From IMG/VR virus record IMGVR_UViG_3300032253_000031, positions 1-27,230 of that record: a stretch of DNA of 27,230 nt, one strand, 5' to 3'. The notes beneath the pieces are model-generated. The model ran no database searches and was not told the origin of the DNA. It was given only the letters and a program-made list of their open reading frames with translations. The position numbers were made by a program, and so were the translations under genes. Within the stretch, counting starts at the first letter, position 1. Each line of letters opens with the position of its first letter. This DNA is from a virus (taxonomy: Duplodnaviria > Caudoviricetes). Shown one piece after another: positions 1 to 6,920 of the stretch.

Positions 1-122
1 GAATAGATAATAATGGAGATTATAAACCAGATAACTGCCGGTGGGCAACAAGAAAAGAGCAAGCAAATAACCGTAGGAAAAGATCAAAAAATAAACCAAA
101 ACCATTCACTGAGGGGGAATGA
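1..122 (+). CDS. HNH endonuclease, C-terminal part (gene starts before the window)
   Basis: The frame from nt 3 reads [25 protein letters not shown]...EGE*. This matches the typical phage HNH homing endonuclease signature (RIDNxGxYxPxNCRWATxxEQxxNRR). The stop overlaps the next start (ATGA). Not in the ORF track. Confidence 0.85.
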   Translation, partial: IDNNGDYKPDNCRWATRKEQANNRRKRSKNKPKPFTEGE

Positions 123-334
123 ATATGACAGACGAAACATGGAAAACTAAAGATGGCAGAGAGATTCTAGTGTCGGATATGACGGAAGCCCACGCAAAGA
201 ACTGTCTATGCCTTCTCATAAGAAGAATTAGAGGGGCGCAAGATAGGGCGGCTTATGGACCGGTTATGAGTAAAGAGAGCTGGGATTTTGGAATGCCGCC
301 CCAAGGCTGTGATGATTACGGGAGTTTAAAATGA
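119..334 (+). CDS. Phage hypothetical protein
   Basis: 71 aa, GAGGGGG Shine-Dalgarno (SD), ATGA coupling at both ends. The [21 protein letters not shown] pattern is recalled from small phage proteins. Confidence 0.75.
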   Translation: MNMTDETWKTKDGREILVSDMTEAHAKNCLCLLIRRIRGAQDRAAYGPVMSKESWDFGMPPQGCDDYGSLK

Positions 335-513
335 ACTACATACCACAAGATATCCAAGACATGCAGGAGGTTCTACCGCCAGATTATCAGAAATGGCTGG
401 ATGAACTGGAACCAACAACAAGCCAGCGTGACGAATCATTAGAGGCGTTAATTGCTGAAACAGTGGAGTTAGATAATGCATATAAGCCAGATGACAACAC
501 TCATCAACAATGA
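331..513 (+). CDS. Small acidic hypothetical protein
   Basis: GGGAG SD, coupled to the upstream stop, 60 aa. Confidence 0.65.
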   Translation: MNYIPQDIQDMQEVLPPDYQKWLDELEPTTSQRDESLEALIAETVELDNAYKPDDNTHQQ

Positions 514-730
514 TCCTGTTGATTATAAGAAGATTAACAGGGCTGTAGCTAGTGTTTTTGATGAGATACATAATGATACGCAAGATGAAATCCAATGCGC
601 TGAAAAACTAAAGATGGTGTATTTTGACCTGTCAGCCGATGAGAAGATGATGCTAAATAACAGGTTAAAAGATTTAAGATATGACAAAAGACAATTAAAC
701 ACCATGCTAAAAGAATACTTGAATTTATAG
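476..730 (+). CDS. Hypothetical protein
   Basis: GGAG SD upstream of the ATG at 476, 84 aa, helical composition. Confidence 0.65.
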   Translation: MHISQMTTLINNDPVDYKKINRAVASVFDEIHNDTQDEIQCAEKLKMVYFDLSADEKMMLNNRLKDLRYDKRQLNTMLKEYLNL

Positions 731-779
731 AGTTCGTTTGCTCTCTTTTAAAAGCATACACATAAAACAGGAAACTGAT

Positions 780-1196
780 ATGAACATCAATGAGATGAAA
801 GAAACTAAGTACCTTAAGAAGGAAGATTGTACGCCTGACAAGCTGGTAACTATTGCAAGAGTCGTACAAGAAGATTTGTCAATGGAAAACCAGCCCCCAG
901 AAATGAAATGGGTAATGTTTATTCAGGAAAATATTGCATCAGACGGTACAAATAAGCCGTTTGTGCTTAATTGGACTAACATACAGCTATGTGCCCAGGC
1001 TACAGGCTCGGAAAATACTGATGACTGGCCTGGAAAGAAGATCGTTTTATTTAATGATCCAAACGTTTCATTTGGGGGCAAATTGACAGGTGGCATTCGT
1101 ATTCGTGCGGCAAAGAATCAGCCCGAGCAACAGTTGCAAAACCAGCCTAGTTCTGGTGATGTAAATTTCAATGATTTAGACGAACCGCCATTTTAA
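780..1196 (+). CDS. Putative single-stranded DNA-binding protein
   Basis: Probable start is the ATG at 780 (AGGA SD). Beta-rich core (KYLKKED...GKKIVLFNDPNVSFGGKLTGGIRIR), Q/P-rich linker and an acidic C-terminal DLDEPPF tail like SSB tips. Confidence 0.65.
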   Translation: MNINEMKETKYLKKEDCTPDKLVTIARVVQEDLSMENQPPEMKWVMFIQENIASDGTNKPFVLNWTNIQLCAQATGSENTDDWPGKKIVLFNDPNVSFGGKLTGGIRIRAAKNQPEQQLQNQPSSGDVNFNDLDEPPF

Positions 1197-1215
1197 CCGA
1201 GTCATAGTAGTAATT

Positions 1216-1242
1216 CCCTCTCCTAATGGGGGAGGGCTTCTT
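1216..1242 (+). terminator. Probable intrinsic terminator or hairpin after the SSB-like gene
   Basis: Stem CCCTCTCC-TAATG-GGGGAGGG followed by CTTCTT (weak U tract). Confidence 0.5.
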
Positions 1243-1255
1243 AAGAGGATAGATT

Positions 1256-1459
1256 ATGTGCAATAAGGTTGGCTATGAAACAAAGCAAGAAGCCAAAAAG
1301 GATGCTGAATTTATTACAAAGTCATCCAGAACACAGAAGCAGAAAATTAGTAAGCCAAAACATGGTAAGAAGATGCGTCCATATAAATGCAAATATTGCG
1401 GATTATGGCACTTAACAACGAAAAAGCAGTTTAAGTGGAGTAAATCCAAATCGGGGTGA
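1256..1459 (+). CDS. Small basic zinc-finger-like phage protein
   Basis: N-terminal Cys plus RPYKCKYCGLWHLT (CxxC...H). GAGGA SD. Confidence 0.7.
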   Translation: MCNKVGYETKQEAKKDAEFITKSSRTQKQKISKPKHGKKMRPYKCKYCGLWHLTTKKQFKWSKSKSG

Positions 1460-1653
1460 ATATTATGGAATACAAAGACACACCAGAAAGCCTAACCGAG
1501 CCAGATAAGCCGGTTACCCGCCATAGACCAAAGGGCCGTGGGATTAATCCATTAGCTGATTTTATGGCGCATGAAAGTAAGCTGTTTCTTAAGTCATTGC
1601 CGGGGGAGACACTTACCCGTTCGAGGCATTCAACTTTAGCGAATAACGACTAA
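1456..1653 (+). CDS. Hypothetical protein
   Basis: Coupled to the upstream stop (GTGA); alternative ATG at 1465. Confidence 0.5.
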   Translation: MNIMEYKDTPESLTEPDKPVTRHRPKGRGINPLADFMAHESKLFLKSLPGETLTRSRHSTLANND

Positions 1654-1683
1654 GATTAAAGAACATTAAAGAGGTAGAAAGCC

Positions 1684-1812
1684 ATGAGCAACCAACAAGA
1701 AAAGAAAATCGAAGCATTAGCAAAGCTAAACCGTGATGGAACAATTAAATTGATTAAGCCAGAACTACGAAAAAGCTTGTATGAGGGCACTAATTTAAAG
1801 GCTGATAAGTGA
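1684..1812 (+). CDS. Small hypothetical protein (42 aa)
   Basis: GAGGT SD. Reads MSNQQEKKIEALAKLNRDG...ADK*, with the stop overlapping the next GTG start. Not in the ORF track. Confidence 0.6.
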   Translation: MSNQQEKKIEALAKLNRDGTIKLIKPELRKSLYEGTNLKADK

Positions 1813-2054
1813 GTAAGGCATCAAGGCACATGGGAAGAGTGGCCGGTCTATCTTGTGCAGCGTGTGATAATTCGCCAGTCGAAGTGCATCACATTAGGAC
1901 TGAGCGCATAAAAGACCCGTTTCTTACCATTCCGCTGTGTTTAGAGTGCCATAGAGGCTCTTTCTCGATTCACATGAGTAAGGAGCAGTTTACGAATGTT
2001 TATGGCTCTGAGCTGCATCTATTGGCCGCGACACTAATGAGGCTGGAAAGTTGA
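1809..2054 (+). CDS. Ref/DUF968-like HNH-type nuclease
   Basis: HMGRVAGLSCAAC...EVHHIR...TIPLCLECH: CxxC, HH and PLCxxCH motifs. Confidence 0.75.
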   Translation: MSKASRHMGRVAGLSCAACDNSPVEVHHIRTERIKDPFLTIPLCLECHRGSFSIHMSKEQFTNVYGSELHLLAATLMRLES

Positions 2055-2419
2055 GAAATCACCTAGAACATGACCACCAAAAGGCATTATTCCAATGGGC
2101 GAGCCACATACCCGAATTAGAATGGATGTTTGCTATACCTAACGGAGCCGTTTTAGCAGGTGACAAGGGCAAAAGAGCTAGACAGATGAACTCACTTAAG
2201 GCCACCGGTTTAAAGCCTGGGGTATGGGATATATTTTTGCCCGTTGCTAAGCATGGCTATCACGGCTTATTTATCGAAATGAAGGCCGGTAAGAACACGC
2301 TAAGCGACAAACAAGAAGACTTTGGTAATAACGTGCATCGTGCTGGTTATCTAACGCATACGTGCTATGACTGGCTAGAAGCTAAAAGAGTAATAACTGA
2401 CTATATGAGGTTTGAGTGA
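2051..2419 (+). CDS. VRR-NUC domain nuclease (Holliday junction resolvase-like)
   Basis: EHDHQKALFQW...FAIPNG...GLKPGVWDIFL...GLFIEMKAGKNTLSDKQ: PD-(D/E)xK VRR-NUC pattern. Confidence 0.9.
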   Translation: MRNHLEHDHQKALFQWASHIPELEWMFAIPNGAVLAGDKGKRARQMNSLKATGLKPGVWDIFLPVAKHGYHGLFIEMKAGKNTLSDKQEDFGNNVHRAGYLTHTCYDWLEAKRVITDYMRFE

Positions 2420-2589
2420 TGTGTGAATACTGCAACGATACCCAAAAAGTTAAAAACAAACCCTGTCAGCATTGTGTGGGTGATCTTAAATCTGATCAAC
2501 CTAAAATAGAGTTAATGACGCTACTACAGGATAAGAATTTTAAGGAAGACTTAAGAAATGCCTTTAATCACGATGGGGTGACGAAGTGA
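2419..2589 (+). CDS. Small zinc-ribbon protein (56 aa)
   Basis: MCEYCNDTQKVKNKPCQHC... has two CxxC pairs. GAGG SD, TGATG coupling. Not in the ORF track. Confidence 0.65.
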   Translation: MCEYCNDTQKVKNKPCQHCVGDLKSDQPKIELMTLLQDKNFKEDLRNAFNHDGVTK

Positions 2590-2933
2590 ATAAGATAGAG
2601 CTGGAAGTTCCAATTACCGCACTCTCTTGCGATAAACGCGTTAAACCGGTCAAGTTGTCGTTACCATTTTATATAGCGAGACTTGGGAAATATTTCCATC
2701 GGGTAAGATCATCATCTAATCATTGGCGCAATGGAAAATATTCTCATACATCTGTTAGCTTTTGGTGTGGTGGCATTGGGTTTGTTGGTGATAAAGGGAC
2801 TTTGCATGGTGAAGTTCACGAAAACGGCACCTTATGCGCAACATGCGAAGGTAGAGCCGTTGGGGCCGGATTGGATGGAGTAAGAATGATAAATGGTAGA
2901 TCGGTAATGTACTCGCCGAGAATTCAAAGATAA
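2586..2933 (+). CDS. Hypothetical protein, possibly zinc-binding
   Basis: 115 aa with H...WCG...LCATC; GTGA coupling. Confidence 0.65.
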   Translation: MNKIELEVPITALSCDKRVKPVKLSLPFYIARLGKYFHRVRSSSNHWRNGKYSHTSVSFWCGGIGFVGDKGTLHGEVHENGTLCATCEGRAVGAGLDGVRMINGRSVMYSPRIQR

Positions 2934-2948
2934 TTAGGATATAAAATT

Positions 2949-3224
2949 ATGTGTGATTGCGTAACAATGTGCTGGATATTTGACCAGATAACAGAAAACG
3001 GAAGGTTTCCTGTGCCTAACCATCATCCAAAGTGCGAAGACTACAAAGCAAAAAGATATATCAGATTATTTGACCCTGATTCCGGCGATGGATTTATAGA
3101 TACTTGTGAGAATCAGTACGGATACATGTCATCTGACGAATTTGACTCTATGAATTTAAGACAAGAAGACGTAGTTCTAACAGAAGATCAATTTTTGAAA
3201 CTTAAAGAATTTACGGGGTTTTAA
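2949..3224 (+). CDS. Hypothetical protein
   Basis: AGGA SD; CxCxxxC...HHPKC N-terminus. Confidence 0.7.
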   Translation: MCDCVTMCWIFDQITENGRFPVPNHHPKCEDYKAKRYIRLFDPDSGDGFIDTCENQYGYMSSDEFDSMNLRQEDVVLTEDQFLKLKEFTGF

Positions 3225-3410
3225 ATGAATAACCTAATACACGGCCTACTACTGGCTATCTGTTTATTTGCTTGCGGTGCTGAGGCTTGTGATGGTGTAT
3301 GGACAGATGAGGTGTGGGCAGAGCTTAGAAAAGAGCAGCTTGAGAAGGCGTTTACTGAGTCGATTAACAAAGAATGCAGCCAATCCTGGTTTGATTGTGT
3401 AGATGAATAG
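3225..3410 (+). CDS. Small exported protein
   Basis: N-terminal hydrophobic signal-like segment (LIHGLLLAICLFACGAEA), Cys-containing mature part. Confidence 0.55.
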   Translation: MNNLIHGLLLAICLFACGAEACDGVWTDEVWAELRKEQLEKAFTESINKECSQSWFDCVDE

Positions 3411-3419
3411 GTGGATAAA

Positions 3420-3533
3420 ATGAATGAGAACGCAATGGTAGCTATAATGATCAGTTGGCTTTGTATATTTGCTATTTTGTGCGGCGGAGAGCCAGATATA
3501 TTGGATGGTTTAATTAAAATAGTGAACCAGTAA
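3420..3533 (+). CDS. Small membrane protein (37 aa)
   Basis: MNENAMVAIMISWLCIFAILCGGEPDILDGLIKIVNQ; AGGTGG SD. Not in the ORF track. Confidence 0.65.
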   Translation: MNENAMVAIMISWLCIFAILCGGEPDILDGLIKIVNQ

Positions 3534-3560
3534 CATCAATCACATAATAGGGGATAGGTA

Positions 3561-3779
3561 ATGGCTGAGAAATTAACAAAAACGGCATTAAAAGACGAAC
3601 TAACAAGAAAGATTAATTGGTTTGAAGATTCATACGGCTTTAATATGGAATATAACTCTGCGCTTGACATGGATGACAAAGGAATACACCTACCTATCGC
3701 TTATGGACGTTATTTAGCTCTAACCGATATGAGAAGTCAGATTGAAAACAACCGATTTATTAACGGTTATTGTGCATAA
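3561..3779 (+). CDS. Hypothetical protein
   Basis: AGGGGA/AGGT SD, 72 aa. Confidence 0.7.
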   Translation: MAEKLTKTALKDELTRKINWFEDSYGFNMEYNSALDMDDKGIHLPIAYGRYLALTDMRSQIENNRFINGYCA

Positions 3780-3853
3780 CAGAACATAAATAATACGTTA
3801 CCGGTATATGTGGCAGTATTTTAATGAAATAGTACTAGAAAGGTAGGTGATAT

Positions 3854-3967
3854 ATGAATAATGAACAGTTTGGACAGTTAAAAACAAAGATAGACGCTAT
3901 ATTTGCTACCCTAATTAGCATATTAATAATATTAACCTGCATCATGGTTATGGTGGGTGATATATGA
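3854..3967 (+). CDS. Small membrane peptide (37 aa)
   Basis: MNNEQFGQLKTKIDAIFATLISILIILTCIMVMVGDI; AGGT SD; one hydrophobic helix. Confidence 0.6.
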   Translation: MNNEQFGQLKTKIDAIFATLISILIILTCIMVMVGDI

Positions 3968-4186
3968 TTGTTGAAAACCGAGCTATAAATATGATTAATT
4001 CATATCCTAAAGATCACAGATTTACATGTATCAGCCTGTACGGACAAACAGGAATACACTTATAACCGTGTTACTGATGAAATCCCGCATATTAAACGCA
4101 CGTTGAAGGCAAAGCGTAAGCCGATCAAACATAAGCCGTTCACAGATGTGATGAGTATTTTTAATTCAATGCCAAAACCGTATTAG
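3964..4186 (+). pseudogene. Possibly frameshifted or internally deleted small gene
   Basis: A 33-aa ORF (3964-4065) with a good SD overlaps a second frame lacking an early ATG. That frame reads like protein (VTDEIPHIKRTLKAKRKPIKHKPFTDVMSIFNSMPKPY*) to the TAG at 4186. Confidence 0.35.
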
Positions 4187-4359
4187 CTTTTAGGCATCTT
4201 AGTGTATTTATCTGCGGCGGCTAGTGCGAATACTGAAGGTATTAGGATGACCAGTATTTGTATTAGCCCTGGATCATCAAACCTGAAATAGCTCAGTGTT
4301 AATACAATGTACGAGAATACCCACTTCTTTTCTGCAAAGATTGTGGTTATGCCTTTCAT
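4183..4359 (-). CDS. Putative holin (58 aa, two hydrophobic segments)
   Basis: MKGITTIFAEKKWVFSYIVLTLSYFRFDDPGLIQILVILIPSVFALAAADKYTKMPKS has two TM-like segments and a basic C-terminus. It is the last gene of the late operon, ATGA-coupled to the upstream gene. Not in the ORF track. Confidence 0.55.
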   Translation of the reverse strand: MKGITTIFAEKKWVFSYIVLTLSYFRFDDPGLIQILVILIPSVFALAAADKYTKMPKS

Positions 4360-4724
4360 GATTTCTTTATCAAGATTTCTAGCATTCCATGCATTGTGGC
4401 GACAGATGTTTGAGTCTCAACCACTGAATCCCTTGTTATTTTGTGCTCATCTTTGAACATGGAAGTTATTGACTCTGTTTTATTGTCGAGCTTTTCACTG
4501 AGATAATTATTGCCAGCCCTGAACTCTGCTAAAGCGTCCTTAATGTCGTCCTTTGTCGCATAATGAGCTTCGATAACGTCCACCCTTTCCTCAAGTCTTT
4601 TAAATTTTGCCCCTGATCTTCTAATTAACAAAGCTGCCAGAAATCCAATAATACCAACACTGCCCTTTACTGCATCTGGATCACTAATCGGCATCTTTAC
4701 CTTCCTACTGTTAAAAAATCTCAT
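4356..4724 (-). CDS. Single-TM coiled-coil protein (holin/antiholin-like)
   Basis: TM segment SVGIIGFLAALLI followed by a heptad-rich region. A second in-frame ATG at 4694 has a strong AGGAAGGT SD. Confidence 0.55.
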   Translation of the reverse strand: MRFFNSRKVKMPISDPDAVKGSVGIIGFLAALLIRRSGAKFKRLEERVDVIEAHYATKDDIKDALAEFRAGNNYLSEKLDNKTESITSMFKDEHKITRDSVVETQTSVATMHGMLEILIKKS

Positions 4725-4785
4725 AAGGCAAGTGCCCTTATGCTAGTTTAGTACACTTTTAACATTTTGCTATCACCCGTATGAG

Positions 4786-4929
4786 TTAATAGTAAATCAC
4801 GGCAACATCATGGCGGTAATCGTTTTCGTTTGTCCAGTGTAGATAAGAGTCGTAAATACGCAACCGGTCTGCTAATGTGCCGGTTATGCTGTATTGTCGA
4901 TACCAATTTTTAAAGCCACTATATTGCAT
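4786..4929 (-). CDS. Small hypothetical protein (47 aa)
   Basis: TAATG coupling to the SGNH gene; reads MQYSGFKNWYRQYSITG...VAVIYY*. Confidence 0.5.
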   Translation of the reverse strand: MQYSGFKNWYRQYSITGTLADRLRIYDSYLHWTNENDYRHDVAVIYY

Positions 4930-6386
4930 TAACTTGGGGCCGCTATAGCCATATACTGTCCATCACCACCAGCTAGCCTTGAATAGTTCGGCGGATTAAG
5001 TATCAATCTATTTATTTCATCGGCAATATATTCACCCCAAAGCGCCTGACCCTTAAGGTTTGGATGGCGACCGGTTGATACCTCATACGATGACAGGGAA
5101 TGATCAGGGTCTGCACCGAATTTAACAGAGCCATATATAATACCCATATCATTTATTGCCTGCTGTCTTGCAACTTCAGATTCAACATATCCTTGGGCTG
5201 TTGTCGCACTGAGGGCGATATTATCCCACTCCACACACCAAACAGGTATGATTCCTTCGCTCATAAGGTTAACAGAGATATCATGTATTGATGTCCTTAG
5301 CGTGAGCGATGCTGTGGCTCCATCATTAATAACGGAACCGAACATCACACAGAAATGCGGTCTATGGCGTTTAACTTGATCCTGATCATTGCCTGTGCCC
5401 GTAGTAAATGCAGTGGCAGTGCCATTGATAATGCGAGACTCCTGATAGGCAATAGCCTGTGCAGAATACCCAGTCGAAAATATTTCAGCCTCAATATTTA
5501 GGTTTTTTAAAATGGATGGATTCAAAGAGTCTACAGTTCCGTATTCATATATTAAGCCTGGGTATCCACCCGCAATACCATTATCAAATGATTTTCTATT
5601 TAAAGCCTGCCTGTCAACGTATGAGTGACCCACCATTGCAATTCTGCATTCCACGGCTCGGCTTCGTGTGAAAGGTCGGTTAATCATTACCAGCTCTTTC
5701 ATGCTAACTTGCGTAGGGCTGCGCTGAAAATCAATCAGATTAAATTCAGTGTCGTAGGTGTCGATAAATCTAATATTTACCAGATAACCGTTCAGAAATA
5801 TACGCTGAACGTTCCCGACCCAATCAATACCATAATTTACATACCCAGCACCATCAGCTAAACCTGCATGGAATACTGTATAAGCATCAACGGCATCATA
5901 AACCTGAGATCCTGCCTGATCAAAACAAGGATTAGTTAACGCTTCATTGCCGTCATAATCTGATACAAGCTGATTATACCTGTCTGTTGCTAATGCTGAG
6001 GTTTGCACCCTGACAATAACCGGAGAACCTATTCCACCAGAGACTGGTGTACTCTGAATTACTATGCCTAATGATGCACCAATTGCATACAAATCTGCTA
6101 AATGTATTTTTATTTGCAATGCGCCACGAGCCATGTATGCAGATCGGATTGCAGAATAGCGCCCTGCTGCATCTGCCATTGTTAAATCTATTTTATTTGC
6201 AACTGTAGCTCTCAAGCCACCGTTAACAATAGTTGCACCATTAGGGGTTACCCAGCTATTGCCATCATAGCCACGCCCAAGCCCTTCAAGCGTATCATCA
6301 GTTGTTGTCCATCCGGCTTTATACAAAACACCGTCAACACCCACTTTTGCTTTGCTAAAGTCTACATCATAAGTATTATAAGACAT
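4929..6386 (-). CDS. Putative virion-associated SGNH/GDSL esterase with an N-terminal lectin/LamG-like domain
   Basis: Block I IAMVGHSYV, block III MFGSVIND, block V TGRHPNLKGQALWGEYIA. The N-terminal half is beta-rich (YGIDWVGNVQRIFLNGYLV). Located distal to the tail genes. Confidence 0.65.
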   Translation of the reverse strand: MSYNTYDVDFSKAKVGVDGVLYKAGWTTTDDTLEGLGRGYDGNSWVTPNGATIVNGGLRATVANKIDLTMADAAGRYSAIRSAYMARGALQIKIHLADLYAIGASLGIVIQSTPVSGGIGSPVIVRVQTSALATDRYNQLVSDYDGNEALTNPCFDQAGSQVYDAVDAYTVFHAGLADGAGYVNYGIDWVGNVQRIFLNGYLVNIRFIDTYDTEFNLIDFQRSPTQVSMKELVMINRPFTRSRAVECRIAMVGHSYVDRQALNRKSFDNGIAGGYPGLIYEYGTVDSLNPSILKNLNIEAEIFSTGYSAQAIAYQESRIINGTATAFTTGTGNDQDQVKRHRPHFCVMFGSVINDGATASLTLRTSIHDISVNLMSEGIIPVWCVEWDNIALSATTAQGYVESEVARQQAINDMGIIYGSVKFGADPDHSLSSYEVSTGRHPNLKGQALWGEYIADEINRLILNPPNYSRLAGGDGQYMAIAAPS

Positions 6387-6883
6387 TAACTGGCCCTCAT
6401 GGTTACATCAACCTGATTTGAGCCAGTGGCGGTTTCCCTTGTAATCCTTATAGACAAAACACCCAAACCTGTTGGGGCATCACGCAATGAAGTTGCTGTT
6501 GGCTCATTTCCGTACCGGTACATTCCTGCGGCCTCAATATTCGTTCCTGCTGCGATTTCTGCGCCTGTAGCTATGTTTATAACTGGAATGGTTACAAAAT
6601 TAACACCGTCTAACGAAATAGCGATAGAAATGTCATCATCAGCATCGACACCCGTCACTTGAAATTGAAAATAACTGCAATCTTCAAGGCCGCCCTCAGT
6701 AATTCGTGAGCCGACTAGGGTATCAGAGTATATTTTTTCTGTGATTGTTTTTATACATGTTAAATCACTTGAGGCAAGGTGCACATGCGCTGCACCGACT
6801 GAGCTTAGGTTATTCTTTATTTCACCGGTTACACTGTCTTCAGATAGCCCAAGAGTTGCGCCATTATGCGGGTCATTAGCCAT
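6386..6883 (-). CDS. Hypothetical virion protein (beta-sandwich)
   Basis: AGGAG SD; beta-strand pattern FQFQVTG...ISIAISLDGVNF; late-operon position. Confidence 0.65.
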   Translation of the reverse strand: MANDPHNGATLGLSEDSVTGEIKNNLSSVGAAHVHLASSDLTCIKTITEKIYSDTLVGSRITEGGLEDCSYFQFQVTGVDADDDISIAISLDGVNFVTIPVINIATGAEIAAGTNIEAAGMYRYGNEPTATSLRDAPTGLGVLSIRITRETATGSNQVDVTMRAS

Positions 6884-6907
6884 TTTAATTACTCCTAAAT
6901 TTAGTTA

Positions 6908-6916
6908 AATATACCA
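6908..6916 (-). promoter_or_regulatory. Possible extended -10 internal promoter
   Basis: TG-G-TATATT in the AT-rich gap upstream of 6883; no clear -35. Confidence 0.3.
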
Positions 6917-6920
6917 TGAT

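Noticed and set aside
326-869. Minus-strand ORFs 326-595, 523-705 and 549-869
   Set aside because: They overlap well-coupled + strand genes that have good SD sequences.
3771-3779. Isolated DnaA-box matches (TGTGCATAA here; TTTTCCACA near 24827)
   Set aside because: Single copies within coding sequence, expected by chance.
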